64,000 nt of DNA from Williopsis jadinii (GCA_024346625.1 AP024664.1:2542001-2606000), one strand, 5' to 3'. Shown: positions 34,277 through 48,714, counted from the first letter of the stretch. Notes: generated by a model not told the origin, from the letters alone. Numbers and translations are program-made.

Positions 34277-36058
34277 TCAGTAGAATTTGAAAACCTCCCA
34301 CAAGGAGATTAGTCTATGCAATTTTGTAGTGAGCATTAGCTCTGTATCGTTCATCTTTTTCAGCTGGGTCAATTCACTAGGCAGTAAGTATTCCAACTCT
34401 TTCCCCTTAACGTCATCTCTGTTGATCTTGGAAATCAGCTGTGCGTTTTCAGCTTTCAGCAGTGCAATCTTCTCCAAGATTTTACCCATATTCCAACAGA
34501 TGTTTGTCTTGAGAGTATTGTTTCCGTGCTTTTCATTCACACGGAACAAAAACACTGACTTGGAAGCTGCACGGTCAGCGGTCTTTGGAACTTCTTGGAT
34601 CTGTAGCATGTTGTATTTAACCAAAGTGGAGGTTAAGGAACGAGCATCCTTCTCTCTCAACAGAGCAGTAGAGCTGATAAATTTTTCAGAGACGAGTCTA
34701 TTGCCACGAACACATCTCATGATACGTGCACATGGCGAGCCCAATGTACTGGAGATTATGGAATCAGATAGAGATCTCTTCAAGTGAATCATAAGTTCTG
34801 GGTATGGGATGTAGTAGGAAGAGTTTTCCTTCTTCAAGAATGGGATAGAAGAGTTTGTGAGGATTCTTAGATGTTGATCCACAGTTGCAAGTGGTGCGCC
34901 ATTTTGTACAAAGCCTTCGCCCATGTCGTCAAAATCATCCTCATCATCACTATCATCATCACCATCCATGTCTCCATTTCCAGTTACAGTTCCGTAATCA
35001 CCATTCTCTAGCTTTATACGTTTAGTGTTGTTGAGCTTTGCAGTTGGCTGTGTACGTTTGGTAACACCAGTGACGATAGAATTATCTAGTGAAAAATCAA
35101 TGTTCTTAACAATGTCCTTTGCAGCGAACAGGTTATTTTGAAGTGGTTCATAATGTGAACCAAGCACAATTTCCTCATTGGTGAGTCCGATCTGATGCAA
35201 CAGATTGACAACATCTGGTGAGTTCTTCTCATCGTGCAATAGTGCCTTGTAAAAGACTTTCGATGTGACTTTACCAACTCTATGAGAGCACAACTGAGCC
35301 AGTTGAATACTTCTTCGAGATTTCATGTATCTTTTCAAGTTGAATGTTAAAGATATGTTTGAGTTGATCTTCAAGATGGAAGTTGCCTTGTCCTTTAGGT
35401 ATAGAGCCTCCGGTTCAGCGTTGAGTATATTGAAAAATTGAAGCTTTGCCTTCTCTTTGGCCTCCGCAGTGCGCTTCAACTCGGAAAGAGCAGCTCCATT
35501 GGGGACCTGTAGATATGCAGCTTTCATTGTTTTCATCCAAAGATCCTTGACAGGGTAGAAATGTGATTTTTGTACTGGAACCAGGAACTTATCCCTCACC
35601 AATTGCATAAAGCATCTCTCCAATTTGTCTATAGTTTCGGCATCTAGAGCACCAAGAGAGGCAATGTAGTCAGAGATGGTCAAGTTACCCAAGCTAAGGA
35701 AGTTCTGTACGATTTGGGTAGTGGACGGATCGTTGTTATAGATCTCCTCGATATGTGAAATGATCTCACCAGAGTACAGCATCAAAAGTGCACCGTCCTC
35801 TCTGAAGGAATAGAACGTTGTTGTGGATCTGAAGTTTGTCTCCTCCCACACAGAGATACAGTTCAGTTGGATAAGACTAACTAAAGTCTTCTTAACGAGA
35901 ACTCCCTGCATCTTTGTTCTCTTAACAAGGTCCTTCAAGCTGAGTCGCCCATAGTCAATCAGGCACGAAACCACTGTCGACGCTCTCTTCCCAAGGTACG
36001 ACTCCACAATCCCAGAGTATACATAGAGCTCGGTGTTCTGAGTCTTTGAGAATGACAT
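34277..36058 (-). CDS. RPC82: RNA polymerase III subunit C82 (RPC3)
   Basis: LVSLIQLNCI, IQEVPKTADRAASKSVFLF and RLISLWEVF. Confidence 0.95.
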   Translation of the reverse strand: MSFSKTQNTELYVYSGIVESYLGKRASTVVSCLIDYGRLSLKDLVKRTKMQGVLVKKTLVSLIQLNCISVWEETNFRSTTTFYSFREDGALLMLYSGEIISHIEEIYNNDPSTTQIVQNFLSLGNLTISDYIASLGALDAETIDKLERCFMQLVRDKFLVPVQKSHFYPVKDLWMKTMKAAYLQVPNGAALSELKRTAEAKEKAKLQFFNILNAEPEALYLKDKATSILKINSNISLTFNLKRYMKSRRSIQLAQLCSHRVGKVTSKVFYKALLHDEKNSPDVVNLLHQIGLTNEEIVLGSHYEPLQNNLFAAKDIVKNIDFSLDNSIVTGVTKRTQPTAKLNNTKRIKLENGDYGTVTGNGDMDGDDDSDDEDDFDDMGEGFVQNGAPLATVDQHLRILTNSSIPFLKKENSSYYIPYPELMIHLKRSLSDSIISSTLGSPCARIMRCVRGNRLVSEKFISSTALLREKDARSLTSTLVKYNMLQIQEVPKTADRAASKSVFLFRVNEKHGNNTLKTNICWNMGKILEKIALLKAENAQLISKINRDDVKGKELEYLLPSELTQLKKMNDTELMLTTKLHRLISLWEVFKFY

Positions 36059-36323
36059 CTCGTCCTATAACCTGTCGCTCGTTGGCGTCTATTTGCAATT
36101 CCTCCCCTTTTTTGAGCAGAGTGAAGAGAGAGAGAGAGAAAATACCCACAACAAACGTCATCGAGAAAGAGAGAAAGAAAGAGACCAGCGAAGAGGAGGT
36201 TGAAAAAAAAAATCTGCATCACGAGTGCCCGTACCGCATCAGAGGTATAACCCCGGTGATGAGATGCCTTCTCGAACCAGCGACATAATTGGCGTTGTAA
36301 CTCAGGGACCTGTTAGATCGAGG

Positions 36324-37328
36324 ATGAGAAGCCGTATATTGCATGGCTGTATGGGGAGGAGATGTCTGCACAAGCTGTCGAACCCTTCGTCTGTGTTGAA
36401 GAAACTACGAGCATCAATTGAAGAAGTGAAGAGGGAAAGTCTAAAGGCAGTTGAGGCTCAAAGAGAAGATGTCAAGCTTGTGAAGAGTACGTCCAGTGAA
36501 AGGAGCTTTAGAAGGGACAGTATCGACCTTTTGAATGAAAAGTACAAGGGCGAATTCAAGGATGAGCTTAGTGCTCATGTCATTGGTGGTGTTACCCACT
36601 TCTTTACAAAGGCATACGTGAAATTGGAGTGGACCACTGCAAAGTTTCTGGATATACCTGGTGAGCAAAAGAGATTAGAACAGGAGAGGGTGATGGCATC
36701 TCAACAAGAGGAAAATGAGCCAGTCGATGTTGATTTCAAGATCAAGAAGGCTGGACTACCGGAGATTGTATTCTTAGGCAAATGTAACGTTGGTAAGTCC
36801 TCGTTGTTGAATGCACTGTTGACTTCTAGAAATGCCAAACAGAATTTGGAGTTTGCATGGGCCTCTAGAAGGGCCGGGTTCACGCAGACCATGAACTGTT
36901 TCAACGTTGGTAACAGGTTTAACCTTATAGATACACCAGGGTATGGTGTGAAGGGTAAGATGGAGCAAGGTGAACAGGTGATGGAATACCTCCATAGAAG
37001 GAAGGAACTGCGCAGAGTGTATCTCTTAATAGGCGCAGAGGAAGGATTTAGTCAGGATGATTTTACCATCATTGATATGTTATTAGAAGCTGGCGTACCC
37101 TTTGAGATAGTCTTCACCAAATTGGATAAGTTGAGGAAGACGAGTAAAGTTGAGCAGCACATCAAAAATAGCGGTGTCTTAACACTACCTTCTCAGCCAT
37201 CGCTAATCTTCACAAATTCTGAAGTGAACAAGTACCACAGAGAAAGACACGGATTTGAGATATTGAGATGGTCTATATTTGAAGCCTGTGGTTTGCCATA
37301 TAGTACAAAACCTTTGAAGGTTCAGTAA
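36324..37328 (+). CDS. MRX8: Mitochondrial YihA/EngB-family GTPase
   Basis: G1 LGKCNVGKSSLLNAL, G3 DTPGYG and G4 TKLD. Close to MRPS28, as YDR336W/YDR337W. Start codon uncertain. Confidence 0.88.
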   Translation: MRSRILHGCMGRRCLHKLSNPSSVLKKLRASIEEVKRESLKAVEAQREDVKLVKSTSSERSFRRDSIDLLNEKYKGEFKDELSAHVIGGVTHFFTKAYVKLEWTTAKFLDIPGEQKRLEQERVMASQQEENEPVDVDFKIKKAGLPEIVFLGKCNVGKSSLLNALLTSRNAKQNLEFAWASRRAGFTQTMNCFNVGNRFNLIDTPGYGVKGKMEQGEQVMEYLHRRKELRRVYLLIGAEEGFSQDDFTIIDMLLEAGVPFEIVFTKLDKLRKTSKVEQHIKNSGVLTLPSQPSLIFTNSEVNKYHRERHGFEILRWSIFEACGLPYSTKPLKVQ

Positions 37329-37410
37329 AAATAAAAGATTTTTAGTTCTTTAGATGTGGAAATATTTCATTATTCACTATTATACACACAAGGAGAAAGC
37401 ACAGAGCAAC

Positions 37411-38022
37411 TTAGAAACGGCCACGGCCTCTACCACCAAAGCCACCTCTTGAGCCACCTCTACCACCGAAACCACCTCTGGCACCACCACGGCCACCGAA
37501 GCCACCTCTGGCACCTCCACGACCACCGAAACCACCACGGGCACCACCACGGCCTCCAAATCCACCACGAGCACCACCACGGCCTCCAAACCCACCACGG
37601 GCACCGCCACGACCGGCAGCTCTCTTCTTCTTTGGAGCTGGTGGACCTGCAACCTTTGGCTTTGGCAAGAATCTTTCAATTGGTAAGAGCTTATCTGGAG
37701 CAATGTAAAACTTATCTCCATCTTTAAAAGAGTCAGCTTGCACACCCTCGCTTGGCTTGATAGTGAAGAACACCTCGTTCAATGGTCCAAGAATCTCATC
37801 CACTTTACCAATCTGGGTCTTGTTCTCAAGGTATATTGGTGCATTAAAGTATGGGATCTTTGTATTGATGGAACGGCAGAAGATATCACCTTCAACTGAA
37901 TGTACGAATGAGCCCATCTCGAGCACTGAGTCTGGAGGACCTTGTGGGACTGCCGGTCTACCAAAACCACCGCGTCCACCACGGCCTCCACGGAAGCCAC
38001 CTCTGTTTCCACCCCTGTTCAT
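37411..38022 (-). CDS. GAR1: H/ACA snoRNP subunit Gar1
   Basis: [25 protein letters not shown] flanked by RGG repeats (27-nt tandem repeat at ~37420-37610). Confidence 0.98.
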   Translation of the reverse strand: MNRGGNRGGFRGGRGGRGGFGRPAVPQGPPDSVLEMGSFVHSVEGDIFCRSINTKIPYFNAPIYLENKTQIGKVDEILGPLNEVFFTIKPSEGVQADSFKDGDKFYIAPDKLLPIERFLPKPKVAGPPAPKKKRAAGRGGARGGFGGRGGARGGFGGRGGARGGFGGRGGARGGFGGRGGARGGFGGRGGSRGGFGGRGRGRF

Positions 38023-38295
38023 CTTGTTTTAATGGCTTTTATATGGGAATCTTGAATTGAAGAGAAGCTATAAGCTGTGAAAGAGAAAAGAGAAGCCCAT
38101 CGCACAAAAATTTTCCAAGCACACTGCGCTTTTCCCAAAAGGGTAATTTACGGGGGCAAGAAAGAGGTCGGATTTGATCCGCGTGTTTGACTGTTGTTTT
38201 TGGCCTCGATGGAGCTGTTTGTCTCATCTTATTATGGAAAGAGGACATAAACACACCAAGGATACCGTTGCTTTCAGTGTGGTGTTGACGTAGAG

Positions 38296-41200
38296 ATGGC
38301 CTTTGACGATGAATTAGAGGGGTTGATCGTCTCTAAGAAGGGCAAATACGTGAAGCTCACGTCTGTGGTGGTTGATAAACTGAAACAGTTGATACTCAGG
38401 TCATCGGAGTGTGACAAGGTCATCGCTTCGCATCATTTACGCGCGGACAAATTCTTTGAAGAGTTCTTATGGCCAAATGTGTCCGGTAAGTGTACCGACA
38501 ATACACTGTTCGTGGTGTGGGTTTGTGTTGTGTCTCGTGTGCAATCAGGAAAGAGGTTGCACTTTAACGGCGATGATCGTGCTAAAGTTGAAGAGTTTGT
38601 ATTCAGATCAGTACAGGTCATCAAAAACGACCAGCAAGTGATTGGATTGAAAGTGTGGGCCATCAGGTTCATCAGGTCTTTGATGTCCTCACTGGATATC
38701 CCGGTCTTAAGGAAGGTGCTGGAACCTGTGTTTTCTATAGCATCATGGAGATCGCTAAAACATAAACCACTGGACAAATACGACCTGCAAAGTTCATACG
38801 ACACAATGAATGAGAGGCTGTCCAAGCTGACCAAGAGGCAAGCAATCATATATAATACCTTATCACTGTTTGTTCATGACTTGTGTTCTTCTCTAACATC
38901 TCTTGAAGCCGTTACCAAGGATAACGTTCGATTCTACAAAGAGATTGTGTCAACTCTCTCGTTGATACTTTCTCAATTACCAACAAGAAGGTTTTCCAAG
39001 ACGATAATTGAACACTCAAACGCTTTACAGATCCTAAAGTATAGAAAATTTGACCTGGGGTATACGCTGGAGTTGTTTGAGTACTTTTTAAAATTCCCAT
39101 TGGACGAATTCACAGGTGAAATGGAAACTCCAACAACTTTGAAGGCAAGATACGACGAACGCTCAACAACTGTTATCTCATACCTGTTTACCCATTTCAG
39201 TGACAAACTAGGAAGTGCGATTTTGGATTCTTCTGCTGCCATAGCACCAAATCTACAAAACATACTGCTCAAACTAGACCCAAGTGATATTGAACAAATG
39301 CTTATCCATCTGAAGCTCTCAACTACTTGTCCTGATTTCTCCGTTGATGCATTGTCATATTTAGTCTTGGAGTACCTTTCACCACCCGAGACTTCATCAC
39401 AAACCCTAAAGAAGTATGGTTACCTTCCGATGTATCAATCGTTAGTTCAATTATCCTCGATTTCTCCATTTGAACTGCCAAATCTCAACTCGCAGTTCTT
39501 GTCCCTGTCAGACGCTCTAGTAAGGACTTATATTGATGTCAGATTCGGGGCCTTCAACAATATTTCGAATCACATTGTTCGCACCGTTTCTCGTTTCAAA
39601 AAAACTGGAGTAGATGGTAAACTGACAGGGTCCAGTCGTCATGCCATAAAGTTGGGATCATATAGTGTGGAGTCTACGGTCCACTTTGATTCAAAGCTTG
39701 ACTCGATTAAAAATACTAGAGTGACTTTACCGGTGGAACTGGGTAACTCTCAGGCTTCCCATGTTTCTGAATGGAATGACATTAAAACTGGAGATGTCAT
39801 TTTGCTAGTCAAGCTCGGTGATAGATTACAAGGTAAAGGCTCCTTTGAGAAATGTGGAATCGAAAACGTTTGTTCTCTCCATGTTGAAAGTGTCGCAAAC
39901 AAGAATGGTTCAAAGAAGCTGTCTTCCAATAGCAGGTCGTTCCTTATACATGCAATTGGTTCCCACGAGGAGAATTTCGAGAACATGAATCTTCTACTCA
40001 AGCTACCAGAGGCTTTAAAAGACTATTTTCAAAGTCTGAAGAACATTGAAACCATCGTGGATTATCCTGATTCCACTTTAGAACCATGGTTTGTGGAACA
40101 AATCTTAGGATATGGAGACCACAACGCTGGAAACTTCACCAAGCTGGATCACCGTTCCAAGTTGTCTCTGAAATCTATTCCATGTGATATCATTGAAGAA
40201 GCTCTAAAAGATTTTGAATTGGATTGGCAACATGATTCCAAGAAGAGACGTGTTGATGATGAGATTAAAAAGTCCTACGATGCTGAAATCATTGGGAAAC
40301 AAGTAACGTTAAAAGAGGGCACGTATCAACCTTCGCTCAACTATACCCCAGCTCAACTGCGTGCTATAGTTTGCTCATCTTTAGATGGATTAACCATTGT
40401 TAGAGGGGCGGCTGGTTCAGGTAAGAGAAGCTTGGCTTCGCACATTATACTTTCCAATATTGTAAACCACTCCAACGAACGGATTCTTGTGGTTACTAAG
40501 AATGAAATCACTCTTGATGATTTAATGGATAAGGTTATCAAGTTAGGTGTTAAGGATGAATATGTCTTCAGTATGACAGACACAGCTAGTCAAGAGGAGA
40601 AAGTGAAAGCTTCCACACTTAGAATAACTGAACTACTTGGTAACGTTGGAGACTTGGCATCTCTATTGGATATTCACGGTGCACATGATAATGATCCCCT
40701 TTGCGCTACCAACTTTTGGAAGTATGAGCTTCAACCTCTTTGGGAATCATTCTTACACAAGTGTAAGAGCTGTGACTCTTCAGAAGCTTTGTTATCGTGT
40801 TATCCCTTCAAGAGGTTTGGTAAATTGAACATTGACGGATCTCAAGATTTCAATTCAACATTGAAAGCCATCCTAGGTCATTACTGCGAAATTGCAAACT
40901 TGTTCGAGGAGATTGAACGCCTCGGTCCGTTAAGTTTCCTCACCTCTAAAAAGTCAAAGGCTGAGTATCTATTGACGTTACAAGCGAAAGTGATTGGTGT
41001 CACTGCAAGCTTCCTTGAGGAGAATTTCACGTTGTTACAAGGCTATAACGTCCACTACAGCAGTATCTTATTTGCGGAAGCCTCACAGTTGAACATCCAT
41101 GAATCTATTTTACCATTTCTTGTCGATTCCAAGGGAACACAGTCTAGAGTCATTATGATTGGCGATGAGCTTAACCTGGGGCCGTCTGTGCTCGACAGTG

Positions 41201-41676
41201 AGAGTGGTAAAGTCGTTGGACTGTCCACTAGTCTCTTTGAACAGCTGATAAACAAAGGCGCAGCTTCAATAACCCTGTCTTCCCCTGAAGGACCACTGGA
41301 AGTGGAGCACATCATTGTCGATGGCTCTACAGAAGAACCAGAAACAGGATTTTACCACAACCTCCAAGAGTGCAAAGCGATCATAGACTACATCAGTACA
41401 TCAAACGAAGACCTCACGGTGTTAACACCATTTGAAGGACAGAGGGCTCCACTACAAATGATGGTTGATGGAAAGTTCAACGGTAAATTCACCGTCCAAA
41501 CTGTCGAGTCGTTTAGAGGATGTCGCTCCAACACCGTCATTGTCTCAATGGTTCGCACAGGAAACTACAGATTCGACGAGAAGCTCATCCACTCCATCTA
41601 CCAATCAGCAATATCCAAGCTCGTCATTGTATGCTCACCAGCTTACAAAAGAGACTACGGGTTTGTCTTTGTATAG
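38296..41676 (+). CDS. Aquarius/Cwf11-like SF1 spliceosomal helicase, divergent
   Basis: FFEEFLWP, ILSQLPTRRF, LNSQFLSLSD and ILGYGD in the N-terminal part; YTPAQLRAI...GLTIVRGAAGSGK; degenerate SF1 C-terminus. Confidence 0.85.
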   Translation: MAFDDELEGLIVSKKGKYVKLTSVVVDKLKQLILRSSECDKVIASHHLRADKFFEEFLWPNVSGKCTDNTLFVVWVCVVSRVQSGKRLHFNGDDRAKVEEFVFRSVQVIKNDQQVIGLKVWAIRFIRSLMSSLDIPVLRKVLEPVFSIASWRSLKHKPLDKYDLQSSYDTMNERLSKLTKRQAIIYNTLSLFVHDLCSSLTSLEAVTKDNVRFYKEIVSTLSLILSQLPTRRFSKTIIEHSNALQILKYRKFDLGYTLELFEYFLKFPLDEFTGEMETPTTLKARYDERSTTVISYLFTHFSDKLGSAILDSSAAIAPNLQNILLKLDPSDIEQMLIHLKLSTTCPDFSVDALSYLVLEYLSPPETSSQTLKKYGYLPMYQSLVQLSSISPFELPNLNSQFLSLSDALVRTYIDVRFGAFNNISNHIVRTVSRFKKTGVDGKLTGSSRHAIKLGSYSVESTVHFDSKLDSIKNTRVTLPVELGNSQASHVSEWNDIKTGDVILLVKLGDRLQGKGSFEKCGIENVCSLHVESVANKNGSKKLSSNSRSFLIHAIGSHEENFENMNLLLKLPEALKDYFQSLKNIETIVDYPDSTLEPWFVEQILGYGDHNAGNFTKLDHRSKLSLKSIPCDIIEEALKDFELDWQHDSKKRRVDDEIKKSYDAEIIGKQVTLKEGTYQPSLNYTPAQLRAIVCSSLDGLTIVRGAAGSGKRSLASHIILSNIVNHSNERILVVTKNEITLDDLMDKVIKLGVKDEYVFSMTDTASQEEKVKASTLRITELLGNVGDLASLLDIHGAHDNDPLCATNFWKYELQPLWESFLHKCKSCDSSEALLSCYPFKRFGKLNIDGSQDFNSTLKAILGHYCEIANLFEEIERLGPLSFLTSKKSKAEYLLTLQAKVIGVTASFLEENFTLLQGYNVHYSSILFAEASQLNIHESILPFLVDSKGTQSRVIMIGDELNLGPSVLDSESGKVVGLSTSLFEQLINKGAASITLSSPEGPLEVEHIIVDGSTEEPETGFYHNLQECKAIIDYISTSNEDLTVLTPFEGQRAPLQMMVDGKFNGKFTVQTVESFRGCRSNTVIVSMVRTGNYRFDEKLIHSIYQSAISKLVIVCSPAYKRDYGFVFV

Positions 41677-41856
41677 CATAAATCAGAGCTCCATCTATAC
41701 AGTTACCCGGACATGTATTGTAGTTTGTATTTTTCGGTTTGCACCACACAACCGTCCCTCGAGTGAAAAATTCCAGGTTGGAAAAGTTGGTCGAAAACCT
41801 CTCCAGAAGACATCGAAACACGCTGTTGTAAAACAAAGCACCGTACAAAGAGCAGC

Positions 41857-42757
41857 ATGTTGATGAACGGGTCTGTTTTGAAGGCGTTTGGCTCTGTACA
41901 GAGTGTGCGCTTCTTCAGTGCCTCCCCGGTATCGATGGTGAAGAAGTCGATTCTTAAGATTAGAGCTACAGAGAGAAAAGAGGTCAACTTATTGAGACAG
42001 AAGTACATCTCAGAGAAGAACTCCAACGTTGATCCTGTTCTTGGCCTTCCAAACAACCCATTCTTGAACAGAATTGATGCTGAATCTAAGGAGCCAAACG
42101 TGCTTGGTAGAAGCTACCAACTTCCTGAGTTGGAGAAGCTCCTGTATGGAGCACAAGAGGCATCTGTTAAGGATTCGTATGCCAGTGCCTCTGTTAGTGA
42201 TTCCAGCTTGAGACAAAGAGAAGCTGTGCTTCGTATCTTGAGCATGAAGAACAGAGCAGACGCGGAAGTTCTGAAGTTCAAGATCGGCCTTGCAAAGAAG
42301 GAGTTTCAAAGATTTGAAGGTGATACTGGCTCCTCTGAAGTTCAAGCAGCAGTTGCGACTGTTAGAATCCATCATCTGTACCATCACTGTAAGGACAACA
42401 AGAAGGATCTTCAAAACGTGAGATTGTTGAGAATGATTGTACAAAAGAGACAAAAGATCTTGAGATATTTGAAGAGGGATAACCCGGAGAGATACTACTG
42501 GGCCATCAACAAACTGGGTTTGACCGATCATATTGTTCACATGGAGTTCAACATGGACAGAAGATACATGCAAAAGTTCAAGATGTATGGTGACCGTATC
42601 TTGATCAAGGAATCTAACAAGATCCAGGAAGAAGAGCGTAAGCAGAGACGTAAAGAGAAGAAGCTTTTGAAACACAAACTATGCCGACTAGGGATCGGGT
42701 GTTGTTTTTATAATGACTCACTCGGCACCTTACGAGAAATCAAAGTCTTTGGGTTCT

Positions 42758-42789
<32 letters not shown>
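41857..42789 (+). CDS. MRPS28: Mitochondrial ribosomal protein uS15m, fused in frame to 37 aa encoded by 18S rDNA
   Basis: [22 protein letters not shown]...[18 protein letters not shown]. Sequence from 42676 onward is 18S rDNA. Confidence 0.93.
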
Positions 42790-42826
<37 letters not shown>

Positions 42827-43265
42827 GCGGCTTAATTTGACTCAACACGGGGAAACTCACCAGGTCCAGACACAATAAGGATTGACAGATTGAGAGCTCT
42901 TTCTTGATTTTGTGGGTGGTGGTGCATGGCCGTTCTTAGTTGGTGGAGTGATTTGTCTGCTTAATTGCGATAACGAACGAGACCTTAACCTACTAAATAG
43001 CGCGACTAGCTTTTGCTGGTGCTGACGCTTCTTAGAGGGACTATCGATTTCAAGTCGATGGAAGTTTGAGGCAATAACAGGTCTGTGATGCCCTTAGACG
43101 TTCTGGGCCGCACGCGCGCTACACTGACGGAGCCAGCGAGTCTAGCCTTGGCCGAGAGGTCATGGGTAATCTTGTGAAACTCCGTCGTGCTGGGGATAGA
43201 GCATTGCAATTATTGCTCTTCAACGAGGAATTCCTAGTAAGCGCAAGTCATCAGCTTGCGTTGAT

Positions 43266-43311
<46 letters not shown>

Positions 43312-43395
43312 AATGGCTTAGTGAGGCTTCAGGATTGGCTTATGGCGGGAGGCGACTCCTGCCTGGAGCCGAGAATCTAGTCAAACTTGGTCATT

Positions 43396-43453
<58 letters not shown>
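42676..43453 (+). rRNA. RDN18: 18S rRNA, 3' fragment only (from ~nt 1014), promoterless
   Basis: Matches 55016-55793 and ends GGAAGGATCATTA. Confidence 0.97.
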
Positions 43454-43593
43454 GAGAACCTGGGCCTGCGCTTCTAGCGCGGCTCCAACCAATACACAGT
43501 GTATTTTGCTTCTTTTGCTTTGGCTCTGCCAAAGGTTTTAAACACAGAAATTTATTTTCTCTAGAAACTAGTCAATTTGAATTTTAATCTTCA

Positions 43594-43751
43594 AAACTTT
43601 CAACAACGGATCTCTTGGTTCTCGCAACGATGAAGAACGCAGCGAAATGCGATACGTAATGTGAATTGCAGGTTTTCGTGAATCATCGAATCTTTGAACG
43701 CATATTGCGCTCTCTGGCATTCCAGAGAGCATGCCTGTTTGAGCGTCATTT
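43594..43751 (+). rRNA. RDN58: 5.8S rRNA
   Basis: AAACTTTCAACAACGGATCTC...GAGCGTCATTT, 158 nt. Confidence 0.98.
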
Positions 43752-43926
43752 CTCTCTCAAGATCCTCTAGGGGACTTGGTATTGAGTGATACTCTGTGTT
43801 AACTTGAAATACTCTAGGCAGAGCTCCCCCTAGAAATCCTCTGGGCCGAAATATGTATTAGGTTCTACCAACTCGTTATTTTCCAGACAGACTTCCAGGC
43901 AGAGCTCGGCTGAACAACCTTTCTAA

Positions 43927-47312
<3,386 letters not shown>

Positions 47313-47603
47313 TGTTTCGGCAACTCTATTTTTTGCTGGCGGGTGCCAGCTGGGGATAGAGTGTCACACAGTTGCCGTAGGCGACTGTGTATTTGTTTTG
47401 GTGACGGTAGGGTAATCTTTGGTGTGAGTGGTGTAGTTTTTGCTTTTTTGTCACGGGGTGTGTGGGTGTTGTGATGAAGATGGTCTCTGAGGTTTTATGA
47501 CGGTAGGGTAACAGTTGGTGTGAGTGGTTGAATTTTTTTTAATTTTTCACCAGAGCTCCCAGGAGGAATTTTTGTTTTTCGTGAGGGGAGGGGGTTTCCA
47601 CCG

Positions 47604-47780
47604 GCTAGGCTGGGCTGGGCTTCCAGGCTGGGCTTAAAAAAGTTAGGCGGGTGGTCAGCCTAAAAAGCTAGGCGGGTGGGATAAGCCTAGAAAGCTAGGC
47701 GGGTGGTCAGCCTAAAATGCTAGGCGGGTGGTCAGCCTAAAATGCTAGGCGGGATGGGCTTAAAATGTTAGGCGGGTCCA
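47604..47780. repeat. IGS1 ~25-bp hairpin-containing tandem repeats
   Basis: GCCTAAAAAGCTAGGCGGGTGGTCA units (GCCTA...TAGGC inverted pair). Confidence 0.85.
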
Positions 47781-48370
47781 CACTGGGGCACCACAGACAC
47801 CAAGTCCAAACACTTAGGAAAGACACCCAGACCAGACCAAGACCAACCTATGGCTACACCAACAGATTCCCACAACGACAACCACGGGAAATGGGAATGT
47901 GGCCCCAAAGTGGGATTTTACCAAAACCGTTAGTATGGGGATCCCCCAGGCAGTGGGAATTTCCGGTTACGAGCGCTGGCGAGGATTTTCTAATTTTGCG
48001 AGAAGTGCGACCATCCCTCCGCGCCTGCGCCGCTGCGGGATGGTCATAATGATTTAAAAAAACTAGGGGTATCCGGTTCCGCCCCCGTATATAGGTATAT
48101 ATATGTGTGTAGATGGGTGGGTGGTGGTGGTGGTTGACGGGGGGGAGGGGGGTTTATATAGTTTTGGGTGGTGTTGGGTGGTCACGTGGGTCACGTGAGT
48201 GGTGTGCGGGTGGTGTGTGTGGTGTAAGGGTGTGCAGTCACCGGGCGGGTCACGTGGATGGTGTTAGGGCTGGTGTAGGCCACGGCCACCAGCCGGGTAG
48301 ACTACCCCTTTTGGGACACCGGGTAGACTGCCCCTTTTGGGAAGCCGGTTACCCAACTTGGGTAAAAAAA

Positions 48371-48491
48371 AGATTGCAGCACCTGAGTTTCGCGTATGGT
48401 CACCCACTACACTACTCGATCAGGCTCTTAGCAGCTTAACTACAGTTGATCGGACGGGAAACGGTGCTTTCTGCTAGATATGGCCGCAACC
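48371..48491 (-). rRNA. RDN5: 5S rRNA
   Basis: Same as 4158-4278. Confidence 0.98.
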
Positions 48492-48714
48492 GAAATGGAA
48501 GCGCGCGGGGGAGGTTACACTGCTTACACTGCTTACACCGCTTACTAAGCAGCTTACTAAGAACCGCTTACTAAGACACCGCTTACTAAGCACTGTGTAG
48601 ATGTAGCAGGTGGGTGTAGGGGTAAGGTCCAGCGGGCCCAGGGCATCCAGGGGGCTGTCTATAGCGGGAGCTATAGGGCGCGTCGTACGTGGACGTGTAG
48701 CAGGTGTGTAGTGA

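Noticed and set aside
7351..42675. Engineered rDNA-targeted integration vector (a method used in C. utilis)
   Set aside because: No marker, bacterial origin or polylinker was seen; the content is syntenic native genes.
42010..42675. Long antisense ORFs over real genes (also 29783-30370, 18360-18812, 24065-24508)
   Set aside because: Shadow frames of well-supported opposite-strand CDSs
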